A stretch of 64,000 nucleotides of DNA, taken from assembly GCA_963826785.1 (NCBI GenBank), contig CAWGYD010000004.1, positions 1 to 64,000 of the forward strand, written 5' to 3'. The notes beneath the pieces were generated by a model, which did not search any database, had not been told where the DNA came from, and was given only the letters and a program-made list of their open reading frames with translations. Positions 60,356-64,000 of this stretch are shown here, piece by piece. Numbering within the stretch: the stretch's first letter is position 1; each line of letters starts with the position of its first letter. This DNA comes from an uncultured delta proteobacterium. GTDB lineage: Bacteria; Desulfobacterota; Desulfobacteria; Desulfobacterales; Desulfosalsimonadaceae. Made by a program: the position numbers and the translations under genes.

Positions 60356-61330
60356 TCACAGATGCGACGAAAACTGGAAAACAGTTGATTTCAGATCCAG
60401 CAGGCTGGTCTTGATATCAAACCCGGCGGCGGTCTGATGCCCGCCGCCCCCGAAGGAGGAGGCGATGGCCGCCACATTCACCGATCCGTCGGAACGGAGA
60501 CTGACATGGAAATGGCTCCTCCCATTGGAGCGTCCGGCGCTGCTCCGGCGCTCGTAGAGCAAAACCGCAAGCTTCACGTTCTCGATCCGTTTGGCATAAT
60601 TGATCAGGCCGTTGACGTCTTCGATGTGGGTGCCGCTGGCGTCCAGCATCTTCTGGGTCAGGGTCATGACCGACATCCTGCCGTTTTCAGAAAGCTCGAT
60701 GGTATCATAGAGCATGTTGAGCAGCTTGATCCGGTTGAGCGAAATGGTCTCATAGACATGGTGCGCCACCTTGTGCGGGTCGGCGCCCCGCCGCACCATC
60801 TCATGGGAGATCATGAACGCCTCCGGGGTGGTGTTCGAAAACCGGAAGGAGCCCGTGTCGGCCATGATGCCGGTGTAGATGGCATAGGCCATGCCGGTAT
60901 CCACCGGTATCTTGAGTTCCTGAATGATCCGGTAGACGATTTCCGCCGTCGATGATGCCGCCGGATCGATCAGCTGCAGCGCCCCGAAGCGGGTGTTTGT
61001 CGTATGATGATCGATATTGATGACCACCGGCAGCCGGCTGACCGCCGCTGCGGCATCGCCGATCCGGTGCAGGTCGGAGCAGTCGACGATGATCGCCGTG
61101 TCGTATTCGGCCAAGTCCCCGGTCTTATTCAAGATTTTGTGAATCGACGGCAGAAACTGGTACACCGCCGGCAGCGGACTCTCATTGTAGAGCCGCACCT
61201 TGCACTTGATCTGCTCCAGGGCGAGGCCGAGTCCGATCAGGGATCCGATGGCATCGCCGTCCGGGTGGACATGAGACGCAATGAAGATGTTTTTACTCTT
61301 CTTCAGGTGGCTTATAATCTGCTGTATCAT
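60356..61330 (-). CDS. nrnA: DHH/DHHA1 phosphoesterase (NrnA-like)
   Basis: HVHPDGDAIGS, IDHH, DTGSFRF, SLRS, GGGGHQTAAG. Confidence 0.92.
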   Translation of the reverse strand: MIQQIISHLKKSKNIFIASHVHPDGDAIGSLIGLGLALEQIKCKVRLYNESPLPAVYQFLPSIHKILNKTGDLAEYDTAIIVDCSDLHRIGDAAAAVSRLPVVINIDHHTTNTRFGALQLIDPAASSTAEIVYRIIQELKIPVDTGMAYAIYTGIMADTGSFRFSNTTPEAFMISHEMVRRGADPHKVAHHVYETISLNRIKLLNMLYDTIELSENGRMSVMTLTQKMLDASGTHIEDVNGLINYAKRIENVKLAVLLYERRSSAGRSNGRSHFHVSLRSDGSVNVAAIASSFGGGGHQTAAGFDIKTSLLDLKSTVFQFSSHL

Positions 61331-61673
61331 CTTTGACGATTTTTTTCAGCACCGAATCCATGTGAAATCCGTAATCAATCGATTCATCGTAATAAAAACG
61401 AAGATCAGGCATATATCGCAGATTCAGTTCCTGTGCAAGTGTATATTTGATGAATCCCTTGGCCTTATCAAAGCCTTCCAGGGCATCTGCTTTGCTGACA
61501 CTCCGGTCCGAAATGACGAAATAGACGCGCGCCAGTTTGAGATCCGGCGACATCTTCACGCCGGTGATCACCGCTGTTTCCAGCCGCGGGTCCTTGATCG
61601 ATTTTTTCAGCAGAAGCGAGAGGCTCTCCTGTATCAGGGCGCTCACCCGGTCGGCTCTGGCAAATGGTTTCAT
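61293..61673 (-). CDS. rbfA: Ribosome-binding factor A
   Basis: RADRV...IKDPRL...SPDLKLARVY...LRYMPDLRFYYDES. Confidence 0.96.
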   Translation of the reverse strand: MKPFARADRVSALIQESLSLLLKKSIKDPRLETAVITGVKMSPDLKLARVYFVISDRSVSKADALEGFDKAKGFIKYTLAQELNLRYMPDLRFYYDESIDYGFHMDSVLKKIVKDDTADYKPPEEE

Positions 61674-61957
61674 ATGTGAATGATCTCCATGGTCGTGTCG
61701 ATGGTCTCGGCCAAATGGAGATCATCGACAAACGCGAAGAGTTTATCGATTTTAGAGTTAACGAGGCGCGAATCATTCCCCACGAAGGCAAATCCGATCT
61801 GGGCCCGCTGGTGAAGGTCGTTATCACCGGTTTCCGCAATGGACGCATTAAACGCATTTTTCGACCGGGCCACAATGGATTTGACGACTTTGCGCTTTTC
61901 CTTGAGGGAGTGGGCGTCGGAAAGCTTCAGTATAATGGTGCCGAATCCGATAACCAT
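61670..61957 (-). CDS. DUF503 (YlxP-like) protein
   Basis: HSLKEKRKVVKS...FNASIAET..NDLHQRA; typical position between infB and rbfA. Confidence 0.9.
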   Translation of the reverse strand: MVIGFGTIILKLSDAHSLKEKRKVVKSIVARSKNAFNASIAETGDNDLHQRAQIGFAFVGNDSRLVNSKIDKLFAFVDDLHLAETIDTTMEIIHI

Positions 61958-61981
61958 TTGAAAAACATGCTCCCGTCACGA

Positions 61982-64000
61982 TCATATCGTCGGTTTGACC
62001 TCTTCGAGATAGTAGCATTCCAGCACGTCGCCGACCTTGATGTCATTATAGTTTTCGACGCCGACCCCGCATTCATAATTCTGGGCGACCTCTTTGGCAT
62101 CCTCCTTGAAACGCTTGAGGGAGTTGATCTTGCCGTCATAGGCGACGACCCCTTCCCGGATCAGGCGCACCGGCATGTTTCTCTGGATCTTGCCGGAGGT
62201 CACCATGCATCCCGCGATGGTGCCGATGGAGGGGACATGGAAGACCTGGCGGACTTCCGCATGGCCCAGCACCTTTTCCACGTACTTGGATTCCATCAGG
62301 CCGACCATGGCATCCTGGACATCCTTGATGGCGTTGTAGATGACATCATAATACCGGATATCCACGTTTTCCTCTTCGGCCAGGGAGGCCACCTTGGCCG
62401 ACGGCCGGACATTGAACCCGATGATGATGGCATTGGATACCGCCGCCAGAGAAATATCGGACTCGTGGATGGGCCCCACGGCGGAGTGAATGACGCTGAT
62501 CTGCACCTCTTCCCGGGAAAGCTTGAGCAAAGAATCCTTAAGCGCCTCGATGGACCCCTGGACATCGGCCTTGATGATCAGGTTCAGGTCCTTGACCTCG
62601 CCTTCCATCAGCCGTTCATACAGCCCTTCCAGGCTCATCCGGCTGGTGCGGGCCAGGTCCTTGGACCGCTGCTTCTGGAGCCGGTGCTCGCTGACCTGCT
62701 TGGCATCCTTTTCGTCGGCCAGGGTGGTGAATTCGTCGCCGGCCATGGGAACGCCGGACAATCCCACGATCTGCACCGGCATGGACGGGCCGGCTTCCTT
62801 CACCATTTCCCCGGTATCGTTGTACATGGCCCGGACCTTGCCGTAATACATGCCGCAGACCACCGGTTCGCCGGTATGCAGGGTCCCTTCCCGGATGAGA
62901 ACGGTGGCCACCGGCCCCCGGCCGAGGTCCATTTCGGCCTCGATGATGTTTCCCCGGGCCAGCTTGTTCGGGTTGGCCTTGAGTTCGAGCACCTCCGACT
63001 GGAGCAGGATCATTTCCAGCAGGTCGTCGATTCCCATCTGCTGCTTGGCAGACACATTGACGCAGATGGTGTCGCCCCCCCAGTCCTCGGGGACCAGGTT
63101 CTTTTCCGCCAGTTCGCGCTTGATCCGGTCCGGGTTGGCTTCGGGCTTATCGATCTTGTTGATGGCCACGATGATGGGGACATTGGCGGCCCGGGCATGG
63201 TCGATGGCTTCGATGGTCTGGGGCATGACCCCGTCATCGGCCGCCACCACCAGGATGACGATGTCCGTGACATGGGCGCCCCGGGAGCGCATGGCCGTAA
63301 AGGCTTCATGGCCGGGGGTGTCGAGAAAGACGATATCCCCGGAGTCCAGCTTGACATGATAGGCGCCGATATGCTGGGTAATCCCGCCGGCTTCGAGTTC
63401 GGTCACCTTGGTCCGGCGGATGACGTCCAGAAGCGATGTCTTGCCGTGATCCACGTGTCCCATGATGGTTACCACCGGCGGCCGGTGGACCATCTGGCCG
63501 GGTTCGTCGGTTTCGGCCCTTATGACCGTTTCTTCCTCGAAAGCGGCTTTTTCCACCTCGAAGCCGAATTCCGTGGCCAGCAGGCTGGCCGTATCGTAAT
63601 CAATGGTCTGGTTGACGGTGACCATCATTCCCATGTTCATCAGCCGCTTGATCAGCTCATTGGCCTTGATGCCCATCCGCTTGGCCAGATCCGCTATCAC
63701 AATGGTATCATCCACTTTGATCCGCCTCTTGATTGCTTTGGGTATGGTAATCTGGGTTTTCTGGTCGGCGGTTTCGTGGACCGGCTTCCCCTTTTTCCGG
63801 CCCTTGCGGGTCCGGCCGTATTTACTGTCATAGAGGGCGTCGCCTTCGATGACCTCTTTACGGCGCAGGGCGGTCTTCAGCTTGCCGACATTGCGGCCTT
63901 TTTCCAGGTCCGTAATTTTTTTCTTACCCTTTTTCTTATCGAGATCTTCCTCGATTTCCTTTTCCTTGGCGGCCGCGATATGGGGTTTTTTCTTTTCCGG
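61982..64000 (-). CDS. infB: Translation initiation factor IF-2 (5'-truncated by the window edge)
   Basis: [42 protein letters not shown]; the frame is open to 64000. Confidence 0.98.
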   Translation of the reverse strand, partial: PEKKKPHIAAAKEKEIEEDLDKKKGKKKITDLEKGRNVGKLKTALRRKEVIEGDALYDSKYGRTRKGRKKGKPVHETADQKTQITIPKAIKRRIKVDDTIVIADLAKRMGIKANELIKRLMNMGMMVTVNQTIDYDTASLLATEFGFEVEKAAFEEETVIRAETDEPGQMVHRPPVVTIMGHVDHGKTSLLDVIRRTKVTELEAGGITQHIGAYHVKLDSGDIVFLDTPGHEAFTAMRSRGAHVTDIVILVVAADDGVMPQTIEAIDHARAANVPIIVAINKIDKPEANPDRIKRELAEKNLVPEDWGGDTICVNVSAKQQMGIDDLLEMILLQSEVLELKANPNKLARGNIIEAEMDLGRGPVATVLIREGTLHTGEPVVCGMYYGKVRAMYNDTGEMVKEAGPSMPVQIVGLSGVPMAGDEFTTLADEKDAKQVSEHRLQKQRSKDLARTSRMSLEGLYERLMEGEVKDLNLIIKADVQGSIEALKDSLLKLSREEVQISVIHSAVGPIHESDISLAAVSNAIIIGFNVRPSAKVASLAEEENVDIRYYDVIYNAIKDVQDAMVGLMESKYVEKVLGHAEVRQVFHVPSIGTIAGCMVTSGKIQRNMPVRLIREGVVAYDGKINSLKRFKEDAKEVAQNYECGVGVENYNDIKVGDVLECYYLEEVKPTI

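Noticed and set aside
63715..64000. Truncated or frameshifted infB starting at 63715
   Set aside because: The frame stays open to the window edge; the ORF caller simply chose the first internal start.

Overview
Most of this window (about 5.7-64 kb) is GC-rich DNA whose gene content suggests an anaerobic Desulfobacterota (deltaproteobacterial) chromosome; the taxon is inferred. Left to right: (1) a frameshifted ftsH 3' fragment (1-~978) butted against an AT-rich minus-strand three-gene island (STAS-like/GHKL ATPase, phosphoribosyltransferase, HD-CE-type phosphohydrolase), a candidate nucleotide-targeting conflict or defence system whose PRTase gene is split by a complete IS701-family element (2764-4301, TTAA target duplication); (2) a toxin-antitoxin cluster (HigBA, NTase plus small Cys protein, MNT-HEPN between ~56-bp direct repeats); (3) a PadR-headed catabolic operon around an uncharacterised glycyl-radical enzyme, with CoA-transferase, MmgE/PrpD, acyl-CoA dehydrogenase and SCP2-like genes but no activating enzyme; (4) TetR plus a tripartite RND efflux pump, a J-domain protein and VapBC; (5) a complex I operon with fused nuoBCD and nuoG but no nuoE/nuoF; (6) lipid-metabolism genes, including an acyl-ACP-reductase-like fusion, interspersed with three apparent sibling sRNA genes that share promoter and terminator architecture; (7) the conserved infB-ylxP-rbfA-nrnA-truB-rpsO-pnp-dut block. 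Intergenic DNA carries several repeat families: C/G-run REP-like palindromes, a 14-bp minisatellite, a MITE, a covarying ~165-bp hairpin family, and inverted heptamer/octamer arrays. Scattered 1-nt frameshifts suggest long-read indel errors. No rRNA, tRNA or CRISPR array was seen. All calls come from reading the sequence and recognising motifs; no database searches were run.
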